Positions 36,550-48,276 of a DNA stretch of 64,000 nt are shown here, one piece after another (position 1 is the stretch's first letter; every line of letters starts with the position of its first letter). The position numbers and the translations under genes are program-made. The notes under the pieces were generated by a model. It was given only the letters and a program-made list of their open reading frames with translations, searched no databases and was not told the DNA's origin. This DNA is from Eutreptiella sp. 'Long Island Sound 2002' (lineage: Eukaryota > Protista > Euglenida). The stretch covers positions 8,060,001-8,124,000 of the forward strand of contig OZ038378.1 of assembly GCA_964036045.1 (NCBI GenBank), written 5' to 3'.

Positions 36550-38350
36550 CATATATGCTGGGGTCCAGGTTCCCCCCATCCGGCTGGCCCCAAGACCCCC
36601 CCCGTGTCCGGTTGGATATCAATGGCGCTTCCCCGACCGGATTGCCCTCCCCATGCCGTAGTGCAGCACCAGAGTCCAGTCCACTGAGTGGAAGGAAACC
36701 CTCCTCAGTGGAGGGGGAGTCCTCCACTCCAGAAATGTTCTTCTTGCCATCCTCATGGGCACCAACGCCTGTGCACCAGGCCTTGAATTTCAGGAGTGCA
36801 ACCATTGAACAGTGTGCAAACCACCAACTAGAAGGCTGTTGCGGTTCTTTGCCTAAGGGGAGATGCTGTGGAAGACCCACAAAAGCCTCAAGAAGCCCTA
36901 TCAAATGGAGGTATAGGAAGATGGCGTGGCCCTCTAATGCTACCGCCTGTGGGTGGCAAGGACAGAAACGGGCAAGATCGGGTTCAGCCACATGCTCTTC
37001 GGTGGCCAAAGGCCCCAAGCACATGCCGCCACCAAGACCCTCAGCACCGCCACCAAACTGTCCTGCATTGCAGCCTGTGTCATGACAGGTCCTCCAATAC
37101 CCGCAGCAAATGGGGGTTTGCATGCCAACCAGGGCAGCTCAAGTCCGAGGCATACAAACACCCAAGATGGCCCCGCGCACCATCTACAACAGGAGTGGTT
37201 CCACAGGGAAGAGGGAAGTTCCTCCTAGCATAGCAAGACTGCTGCGACAGATCCACACGCCTTACACAGACCGGACAGTGGGTGCACTGTTGTCCCCAAC
37301 ACTTCCAGCCCCCCGTACCACTGCCCCCTCCCTTGTCTCCGCAGGCATCCTACCGTGGCATAGAGCACATCTTTTTTGGTCTTGGCCACAACTCCTTACC
37401 AAGAAAGTAATATGCCAAGCCCCCATCGCCCTGATTCAGGCGATGGTGAAGGACACGCCATGGTGTGGTTGCTGGCTGTCACCTCAAGCTGGCACAGCAA
37501 AGCACCGCCATCTGCCATGACCCGTGGCCGCCGGTGACCAGCTGCAACGTCTGGGAAGGCAGAAAAGGACCATGAGGAACCCCACCCTCTACCCCAGACA
37601 CCATTAGCTCCTTTGTTTGATGAGTTTGAACAGAACCCTCCCCAAGCAGAATAGGATGACCATTCCCCAGGCGACCTATGCGCCCTGCTGGTTTCACAGC
37701 CACTTGCTCAGTGGATCAAAGGGACGATCCAGTGAGACAGTGCAAGGTCTTGTTGGCTCCCTAGCCACTGAGCCCAATGCTCCTGCTGGCGACATGGCCA
37801 GCCAGGTGATGGACTCGCCAATGTGTCGAATTGCTGGGTCAAGCCAGGTGACAGGTGAACCAGCATCCCGATCCAACACACACCACAATGGTGTACAGCA
37901 TGGCGCCCACCAATTGAGCGCTATGGAGGGCCATGGGCAGGCGTCCCGTCAGCAAGCGTAACCGTTTAGCAGTGGAGCCTCTCGCTACAGGCACTTCATT
38001 GGCATGGCTCCTGTCTGAGTGTTGTCCAGATGTGGGAAATATCACCCAGCCCATGGGCTGTGCTCCTAAATTTGATTCCCTTTCTTGCAACTTGCCTTTG
38101 CAGCCCTTCTGTGACCATGTGAGCGATCAAATCCGAAGATCCTGTAGACATACAATTCAGTGTTGGATTTGAAAGTATTTGCTGGATTTCCCAGGCCTCT
38201 GATGGTGTGTTGCCGCTTGTAGTGGGATGGGATTTTTTTGCTGCGGTGCCCTACTCACAGCCACTCGCGGTGCCACTGACGCCATCCCGGCACCTGTGAT
38301 CAGTCATGAACCACCCGGTGCCATGGGTTAACAGCAAAATGGGTCTTGTA
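36550..38350. mobile_element. Degenerate retroelement-like remnant
   Basis: Fragmented ORFs and a Cys/His cluster (CAPKFDSLSCNLPLQPFCDH); similar to the 23-kb and 3-kb segments. Confidence 0.3.
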
Positions 38351-38522
38351 GTGCTGTGCATGATTGTCTTCTTCCAAACCGGCACCTCCCACCACCCGCC
38401 CCTGCCAGAACGAATATTCAGATGCCTGTGGGATTTACAGCCCTGGCCTTGCGTGGTCGGGAGGTGTCAGGGCAACCGGTAGCAAAGGGGTGGACAACAT
38501 ACAGACAATTGTGGGTGCATTG

Positions 38523-39300
38523 CAACCCAGCCCCCAAATCGGTGGCCGAATTCGGCCAATTTCGCTGATTCGTTCTCCCGATTTGTTGGGGTTCTGAATT
38601 CCGCCGATTTGTTCTGCCGATTTGTGGGGTTTCTGTGATTTGGCCGATTCGTTCTGCTGACTTGTTGGGGCTTCTGGGATTCTAGGACACCTGATTTGGA
38701 GGCATCACTCGAAGATGTGCATTTACTTTGGGACACTGGATAATACCTGTTCTTTCTATGTTGGTTGTTCAGATTGGCACCATGAAGTGTTTTTACTGCC
38801 CACAAAAAGACCCATCAGATTGACTACTGCAGGACAGCTTTGGTTGCAGATCAGAGCTGCACACCCACCCAGCACACAGTGAGATCGAAACGGGAAGCCT
38901 GTGTGCATTCATCTTCTTCCGGCAGGATTTGTTTGTGCATAGAAAACCAATTTTCTCATCAAGACAAGTGACAAAAAATGCAAAAAAAAAAAAACGGCCG
39001 GGAACTGAACCCACGCCAGCCAACTTATAGACCAGTGCATATACCACTGGACCACCGCCTGAAACTGTCATAATAAGGCTCAGGGACCATGTACAGACCG
39101 AGAGACAAAATTTTTTTTCGAAAATTGCAAGATATTTTGGGTTTCCACATGACTCCAACGACAGAGCAACCAAAAAGAAGGTGTGTTTGGGGCCTGGGAC
39201 TGAGATCCAGGGCACTGGGAGCCTGTTTTGGCGAAAAATCGGTCCGCCGATTTGTTCGCCGATTTGTTGGGATTTCTTCGCCGATTTGGGGGCTGGGTTG
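38523..39300. mobile_element. MITE, 778 bp, with perfect 20-bp TIRs and a 6-bp TSD
   Basis: CAACCCAGCCCCCAAATCGG (38523-38542) is the exact reverse complement of 39281-39300. GCATTG flanks both ends (38517-38522 and 39301-39306). Subterminal CCGATTTGTT repeats are present and there is no transposase ORF. Confidence 0.9.
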
Positions 39301-39435
39301 GCATTGTTGCGGTTTGGTTTTGTGCACAATTCAAATCGAGAGACCAATCATAAGATGGATATCTGTCAGGCCGTTGTGTAAGTGCATCAAGGCGCTTGGC
39401 TATTCCCAGGCTTGCATCTCATTATTCATGAACAG

Positions 39436-40610
39436 GATCCCAAGGCAATTCTGAGGACTGCGCCATCTGAGCATCTTTCTGCCGATCCAACACTTTGGTC
39501 AATGGACGATGTGGTAATGTGGCTGCAAGCAGTCCTTGATAAGAAGTATCCGGACAAGAAGTTCATGGATCTCAGCAACAACATCTTACACCACATGATT
39601 GACGGACCGGTGTTGATGCAGCTGTCAATGGAGGTGACAATTACTACCACCTGTTCGCTTTGCGCCCCTGCCCCTGCCCCCCTTGTTGAGTTCCTCTCCC
39701 TGTTTAGCTTAGGGCCATGCTGCTTTTGCTTTAGTTGTGGTGAAGTAATCATGAGCTTAATTGTCACCAGGGATATAAATGGGGGCCGGGGGCCTGCGCT
39801 GGTCATTTCCATCCCTTTTGCCTCCATGGCTGCCCCTGCTCGTGCGCTGCCTAGCTTCGCCCCTGTCTGTACCAGCCCTGTCTGTGCCCTGCCTCCATCT
39901 TTCTCCCTGCCTGTGCCCCTATCTCCCCCCCCCCTCCCCGTCGTTAGGGAGCAACAGGGCTGCCCACATTGTTGCGCCCACAGGACGTGGGTTTGACGGA
40001 GGTTTGAGGGCTCAGTAGCGCTCAGTGGGGGCTCAGTGGGGTTTCATTTGGGCCATCCAGTCACAGCAATGATTGGTGCCCCCAGCGTGTAGTGGAGTGA
40101 ACGTTTTGTAGATAGCACACACTAGGATCCCCAGCTAACTCAACCTGGCTAAGCGTAGGTCTCGCAACCAAAAGGTCGTGGGATCGATCCTCGGATTGGG
40201 CATGTCTGGAGGCGGGCGGTGGCAGCCGTGCATCCTTTCGGGGGAAATCGCCAAATTGAGTAGGCTGTGGAGGCCGCCTGGCTGCCGCGAGCACCACCAG
40301 CTGTGAAAGTCCCAATACACACACAACACACGGGGTGACATGGCAATGAGGGGCTCGTTGAACGATTACTGTGGAGCTGGCCCAGCGGAAGCCACGGAGC
40401 TACCACCCCACTTCCAGGGTGGTCCTGGGGCAGCGAGCCAGGTTCTGGCCCAAGTGCATATCGCACTGGTCGAGGGGCAATACAGGGATGCACCCCTGGC
40501 CTGCACCGAAGGCCTGCTATAATGGGTAGCGACCCAACCCGAGGGCGCCAGTGTGGCCATACAAGTCCAACCAAGAAGAACTGGTAAAAACGGTAGTACC
40601 ACTTGTAAAT

Positions 40611-40647
<37 letters not shown>

Positions 40648-43600
40648 CGTGCTGAGGCGGAGGAAAGGCCGCGCCGGGCGGACATACCAAACATTGCTGC
40701 AGTGCGGACACAGCTATAGACAGGTGATGTATCATAGTGAACGCTATTGATTTGGTCCGAATAATTGGGTGTCTCTCTCACACACACAGGCCCTCTTTTT
40801 GCATTGATGGTGCATGCGAGAGGGGGCGCTAAAGAGACTCAAAATAATAGCATGCCAGTTGCAACGGGTACCGGGACTAGGGAAAAAGCCCGCGCCCACG
40901 TGTTCACGTACAGTTGGAGTCGGATGATCCAACGGATGCAGTGGACCTAACCCCGGACGACTTGGCAGATTTTGTTGCGTGCCCTAACACTGCTGGTGGA
41001 AGCGGGTCGGAACGACAATCGACGGGATAGAGGAGAGGACGAAGAGCAGCTGGCCAAATGGGCTGCACACAAATACCGCAAGGGAGAGGTATGCAGCTCG
41101 ATCAGCCGCCAAAAGGAGGTCTGGCAGGAGATGGTGGTGTGCAGTCTGGTGCTGTGGACGCAGACATTGGGGGAGGAGCCAAATGATAAGTGGCTGGAGC
41201 AGGAACACACAACAGTGCCGGCGGGATCGGAAGTGCACTTGATTGAGAGGATGTTGTTTCGTGTCCCGAAAGTTACTTTTGGCTCGGTCTCCAATGGGGC
41301 ATTTGACGTCGCGCTGGACATCACGGCGGCCATCACTGCTGAACGCTTTCGAACGTGGTGGACGCAGGAGACCAGGGATGTGGTGCAATACATCTCACAT
41401 GCGGGTGAGGCGCTGGTGCAATTGTCTGCGTCCATCAAGATGATCATGGCTTTGGAAAGAGTCGAGAGAATGATTGTTTATCACCGTGCTATTGAGGGTG
41501 AGGGTGTAACGACTGTCTATGAGAAGGACCACACAGAGAAGACCTTGGCTGGTTGGGAGCCGTGTATTTGACATCTCGCCCTCTGCTAATGGGGGATGGC
41601 ACCCACGTTGCCATGTGGGTAGTTGAGGTGCCCCAGTGCAAAATGCGGGGCCTAACAGACCAAAAAGTGAAGTTCTTAAAGTTGATGCCTCAAAGTGACG
41701 GGACCAAGGTGCGCCGTGTGAAGGAACGACAAATACCGCCGGGGCTGGTGGCAGTCCAGGCCAAGAAGGAGTTCATTGCGAATGTAATGAAGGATTTCCA
41801 AGCTAAGGGGGAGCCGCAAGCGGCTATGGAGGGCTTTGTCCCAGGTGTAGCTGTACTCTTTGTGGAAGCGACATCAGAGCTTTTGTCAACCAACATCCCA
41901 AACCATTCGTTGATGCCATATTTTTCTGCCACGGTGGTGGAGGAGTGGGCCGCGAGCAGCACCGCGGCACATGAATTTTCTTCCGAAGTGTGGGTTGCAG
42001 GTGAGGCCAAGGATGCGACGGCTCCAAGGCTGTGGGCTAGCATGGTGGGGATGATGACAGAGCTGGGGATGGATTGGTTTGCGGCTATCTACCGGAGAAG
42101 CAACAAGTTGCAAGTGGGTGTGAGCTGGCAACACAACGCGGATGCCGTGGAGTCGGGGATGGTGGCCATGGCTCAACAGCTAGGTCTACTCATCAAGAGG
42201 ACCGGGGCCAGAGCCCCGCTTGGGAATGGAGAGGGCGATGACCCGATGTCAAATGGCTCGGCGTCTTCGACTTGAGGTATGGAAGTGATTTATGTGACTG
42301 AGTTGGAGGTGTGGCTCTTGGTGGCTCAGGTGCGGGCGCTGGTCATTGAAGGCCTTGGGGTCAACCCCACGGAACTAGTATCCATCTCACGCATGCGATG
42401 GAATGTGGGCAATCGAGGAACGACAACGTGGAGGGTGGCCGTAATGGGGGCGGATTCCCACGAGGGCCAGCGGTCACTGTTACCAGAAGGAGTTGATGCG
42501 GCGTCTTCGTCGACGGGGGCCAAGTGAACGGTAACCACGCACGGAAGCGCCAAGCCGGGTGCCTGTACAATGGTTGTTGGGAAAGGAACGGCCGGGCATG
42601 GCAAGAACAAGGAGACCGTATCTTTGTTGGTGCCGGATGTTATGAGGCAGTGGTAGAATGCCAAGTCTCCACCATGTTCCTCACGGAGGACTATGCATAC
42701 CGTGTGTTGTCCTGGGAGCAGTGCATACAAGAAAAACAGCGGCAGCAGAGCATGGAATAATTCGGAAGGCACGATCTTGGTCGGCTACTAGTGTGGAAAG
42801 GAGGGCCACTTTACGCGGGAGTGTCCATTGGGGAGAACAGCGAATCCACCGGAGACCCTCCCACCACCAAAAATGACCTAGGTGACGCCCCTAATGGGTT
42901 CCCACTTCCCTAATAGGCTCCCTAATTGGTTCCCTAATAGGTTCCTCAATAGGTTCTCTGGTAGGTTCCCTAATTGGCTCCCTAATTGGCTCCCTAATAT
43001 GTTTCCTAATGGGCCCCGTAATAGGTTCCCTAATTGGCTTTTGGGTTTTGGGTTTCAGTTATAGTATGGTTCGAGCGGCAGGAACGACGCACAAGGGTCA
43101 TGCCGAGCACGCAATCCAAACAGTGGTGGACGTGTTGGAGGCCCTGGTTGATGAGAGGATACAAATTGACGTAGCAGTGCCGCCAAGCTTTGAGGGGTGG
43201 TGAATAAAAGGGGCGAAGTCAGCTTGGTTTGCGGAAATGGCCCCAACGGATTGACAGCACCTGGTAGTGTGGCCGGCTTTGTGGAAGTCCAACGTCCCGG
43301 CAATCACGCAAGAATTCAAGGCACTATGGAAGACGCTTCACGTGCGTCAACGTCCGGCTCGTGAAGGACATCGACGAGGGATGTGCATGGTGTGGAGCGC
43401 AAGATCCAGTCTACCACTTCGTCAAAAGTTGTCCAATGGTCCAGTTGCTGTATGTGGCGTGTAGGGATGTGGCGACGCCGGTCGTACAAGGAGTGGATGT
43501 GGGCCGGTGGGTGGCGGACAACCCCCTGATATCCCTCAACCACCTAGCGGACTTGTGTCTGTGGTGGGGGCTGCACCGACTATGGACTTTGAGATGCCAA

Positions 43601-45213
43601 AAGGCGGTGCGCAGAATGGAGGTCTCGGCGCTCAACGTGGTCATGGCGCTCGAAACAACATACATGGAGGCCACACTATGGTTTGGCAATATGAAGCCCA
43701 AAGAAGCAGCACACACGGCTGAGATGTTGGCGGTGTGATTCTAGCAGCACGGGTAGAGCATGCCATGAGAGGATGCAGCGGTGAACCAAGCACGGCGATG
43801 GGCCGCGAAGATGCAATTCGCGGCGTTGGGCCAGCAAGAGGCACAAGAGCGGCGCATGAAACAACAAAGGAAAGAGAAGGCACGACGGCGAAAGCGAGAA
43901 CGGCGGCACATACAGAGGGACACCTGGGTACAGGGGGGGGGGAATATCCGGATTTGTGGAGTACAACATTGTTCCTCGCTCCAAGAGACCTCACAGCCTG
44001 AATGAGGAGCGAGCCCCCAAGGGCTAACAACACCATGGAGGATCTGAGTCTGGTGCCCACCTTAGGGGTGCAAAGGCACAATTGCACGTCTCTCTCGCTG
44101 AATGATCATGTCGCCGAAGAACCCCCAAGGGGAGATCAAGAAATGTTAGAACACGGTTCGGCGTCTACCATGACATCTCAAGGGGATAGTGGCCTGGCAC
44201 GACAGCAGGGCAACGACCACAAGCAGCCAACGGGCGCCAACGACGAAAGCCCAATGGAGTCGGATGACTGTTGGTCGCGTGTACACATATGAATGACAAC
44301 AAGGATCGAAATGTTGCTAGGGGGCAGGCTTTCCTACAGGAGTTGTCCGGTGTGGAATCCGTACCCGAATTCTTGGGGGATGCAAAGGTTCATGCTTGGG
44401 TAGATGGATCCGAGGTCCGTGGGCAAGCAGGATTTGGAGTGTACTTCCCACATGGAGAGTTCCCAAACGTAAGCCAACCGTTGGTAGGTGCTCAAACAAA
44501 CAATAGAGAAGGAGTTTAAGCAATTAGTTAGCAATACAACGGGTGTCAGAATCCCAGGAACTGTGTTTGTATAGTGGCTCAAAATGGTGTGTGGACATCT
44601 TTTCCAAATTGTGTACGTTTAAACGCAGGGGGTGGATGGTGTAGGGCAAGAAGCTTGTGAGACATCATGATATATCGGAAGAAATATACCAGACGTGTTA
44701 GGGCAGAACAACTCCCATCTCAATGACACACATCTATGGACATAACATGCTGGTGTACAATGAGGAGGCAGACGTCCTCGCAAAGGCGGGGGCAAAGGCG
44801 GGGGCTGCGTTGTCCAAGGTGCACAAGCCCAAGCGTGTCAGGGACATGCTGCAAGGCAATGGAGAGGCCATTTGACGAAAGCAGACCAGGGGCAGGGGAA
44901 TCAAGAGACAGGCGGCAGTTGCAGGTGTCAGCCGACAGCATAGACAGCGACAGGCCACCACACATACGACAGAGGCGTAGGGAAATGTGCAGTGCGCCCC
45001 TTGATATACCAGACCCTGAGCCGGATTAAACACCAGACAGGTTGCCGAGGACACTGTACTCTGACCGACAAACCAACCTTAGTCTGCATGCAGGGCCAAG
45101 GCAGGGAGAAAAAACAATGGCATCAAGAGGTGCCAGGACAATTCCCAGAGAATTTCCGAAGGCATGAACTGATTGCGTGAAAAACCACCCCCGCGGGGGG
45201 CAATTGGCAATTG

Positions 45214-45259
<46 letters not shown>

Positions 45260-48229
45260 CGTCATACACTCCCACATACTCATTTCGTTTTTGTTCGTTG
45301 AGGGGCAAAAGCACATGTTACATGTGAGAACCTCTGAGCCTTTTTTTTGGTGCCAACTCCTCCCCCTGCTCCTCAAGCTATGCTAAGCTTGGTACTCAGG
45401 AGGCAGAATGGCCGAGTGGGGCCAGTGCCAAGCGACCCACAATGTACGCCACGACCCCCGCACAAAACTGCACAAATGTAGACAGGCAGACACGGACAGT
45501 AGTCACAACGCTAGAAGTCATGGCACAACGCCCACAGGTCCAAGGCACTGCCAATGCCAAAGCCAAGGAGGCCATGGCACTATCGAAAGAACGGATGAAG
45601 GTGTGGACCGAACGACAAAGGGTCCAACGAAGTGCTTGCAACTTGAGGTTGGGAGGCATGCGTCAATCAACTATTCCGTCATCTACTTTGTGGGGTATGG
45701 AGTAATTTGCCGAATAAACGGGGAGCCCTGTGCGTTTGCGACATGGAAACGGTGCAGGTTGTTGAAGCCACGGCTCCGGCTTCACAGGGAACAATGAAGG
45801 CCATGTGGGGTCTGTCGTAAAGCCGAGTACAATTTTGAAACTGAGAAAACAAATTTTGTATGCGGTTTTACTCAGTTTTACCCCATTTTGGATTTTTTAC
45901 TCAGTTTTTAAACCAAAAGCTGGTTTTCATTTTTTGAAAGATCAAAACCGAGAAAAAAGTTTTTTTAATTTGGTAAGTCCCTCAAATAATGTTTTTTCTC
46001 CATCAATTTCTGAAACAAAAAGATTAAAAAAAAAAGGTAAAAGAACATGCTTTTTGCTCGGTAGCAATATTTTTTTAATTGTACCTCCCCACTCTATGGA
46101 CCACAAGACAAATGGGGTGATGTAGTCTTTTTGATTCCTCCCCACTTGGGGAATCTCAAGGCGTCAAGGGTTGTGTAGCCTTTGTTGATTCCTTGAGTGG
46201 GCAATCATCACCGGCAATGTAGTAATTTGTCGCTAGCACTTGCAAAGCGCCCCTCTAGTCCACCTTCATGAAGCAGGGCATCGCTGCGATGGTGAGGTGT
46301 GGCACACGTATCCCCCCCCCTAAAAAAAAAAACTGCATCTCCCCCACAACACAAATACAAAAACAAATACACAAATGCAAAGACGTGGCATTGGACACGA
46401 GTTGAATGCACCATACCAGCCTTGATGCAGCACACACACCCTCCTCGCTACACCTTTCTCTCCATGTTCACCCTCCTCTGGGCCCCCTCGGGAGGAACCT
46501 CCAAGTTTCTGTGGGGCGCATGTGTAGCGCTGCACTCTAAAACGGGCGTTCTGAAAAGGGCTTGTGGATAGATGTTTTAGTGTAGCATTAGATTGTTTCT
46601 CATGGGGGTGCAAGCACTGAGAGCAAGGGTCAAGGAGAGGGGCATTAAAGGGCCTCAAAACTGTGGACCTCCACTTCAGCCACACCTGCCTTCACACACG
46701 CCTGAGTGTTTGGTAAGACCAAGTAAGAACTGAAGTGAAACTAAATAAAATGTGCTAAAACTAAGTAAAAATGAAGCAAGACAGACGGTATAACCGAGCC
46801 ACGGCCCATTGCACTAATGTGGTCCAGATGGTGGAGGCACACTTGGGAACCAGCAGAGTGCACAGTAGGCAGTACCACAATCTATCATTTGGTAGTTGCA
46901 TGTTGCCATTGACAACATGTTGGGACAAGGCACAATGCAACATCAAAAGACATGCCGGATGGCAATTCGTCCCATCCCCTTTCCCTGCCAGCGCTGGCAG
47001 AGGCTCAACAGTGAGTTTTTCGAAGTCTGCAATGTCTGGAAAGGTAGGGGGGTGGGGGGGCAGCAGCCGATTTAGTTTTAATCCTCCAGTATTTGTTGCC
47101 CCCTGATGGGGGGGAGGGGGCTGGGCATGGACGGAGAGGTGAATTGGGGAGGAGAAAATCAGAAGGATCCATGCGATTGACCCCTTTGAGATCCCCTTTG
47201 AGACCCCCTGTGATGCACTCGTTCGAGGTGTGTTGAGGAAATCATCCAACTTGTTGGCGGTTGAAGCTGAGCGCCACAGGATAAGGTACATCTGTGGTAA
47301 GGGCTCTGTAGTTTCCTTGGCTGCCTTCAATTGGCCTCAGGAATGGAAGGAGGCTGTCCCACTTCTGGGCCCCCGGAAGGTCCTGTATCACAACCTGGCA
47401 CAGCTGAAGATGGCACGCAAGCCCTCCATCCGTCGCCGCTCCAATGCTGAGGAAGCGGTGTGGCACACGCAGACCAAACTGCAGGTGACCCATGCGCTGC
47501 TAACCATGAATCCGAGAAAACCGGAGCCCACCTCTGCCGACAGTGCCGGTGATGAGCCCCGCAGTGGCGCACGGCGGGCCTCTGCTGTCCCGCCGCGAAT
47601 GTCCAGCGCGCGCCACCTGCTCAGCCCCGACCCACCTTTGTCTGCAAAGCCCAGCTTCATCGCTACGCACGGGAGCTTCACAAGGGCGTTGGTGCGTGGG
47701 TTTACCCGCCGTCGCTCCTCCTCTGCATCCGAGCCTGCGGCCGACGGTCCACAAAGGTACCCGCTGAACAGAATTGTGTTGCCAGTGCCCCCCCCACCCC
47801 CCTCTAACATCACATCTGGACCCACAGACTTCAGAGCCCTCTGAATTGTAACCCCCCGTTGTTGTTGTTGGGGCACGCACCGGCAGCGAAAGCACAGCCA
47901 CGCCCATGCATCATACGAGCCGATGTGCGAGAGCAGATGGCGGTGAAGAGGCCGAGGGAGCCCCCCCCCCCCCCTTATGCAGTGGCGCCGAGCAAGCGCA
48001 CGTGCCCTTCGGGGCGCACGGTGGAGCGGCATGGCCGCGCAGGAACGGAATGCTCATGACCCGTCTCCAACACAGACGCTCTGGCCCAGGCGAGGGCTCA
48101 TCTGCAGGAGGGCACCGGCAGCTCGGCCTCTATAGGGGAGAGCAAGGCAGAGCGTGTCCTCCGTAAGGCAGCTGGCCCACAGACCCATGCAGGCCTTCCT
48201 CTATAATATGGTGTTGCCCCCCCGTTGTT

Positions 48230-48276
<47 letters not shown>

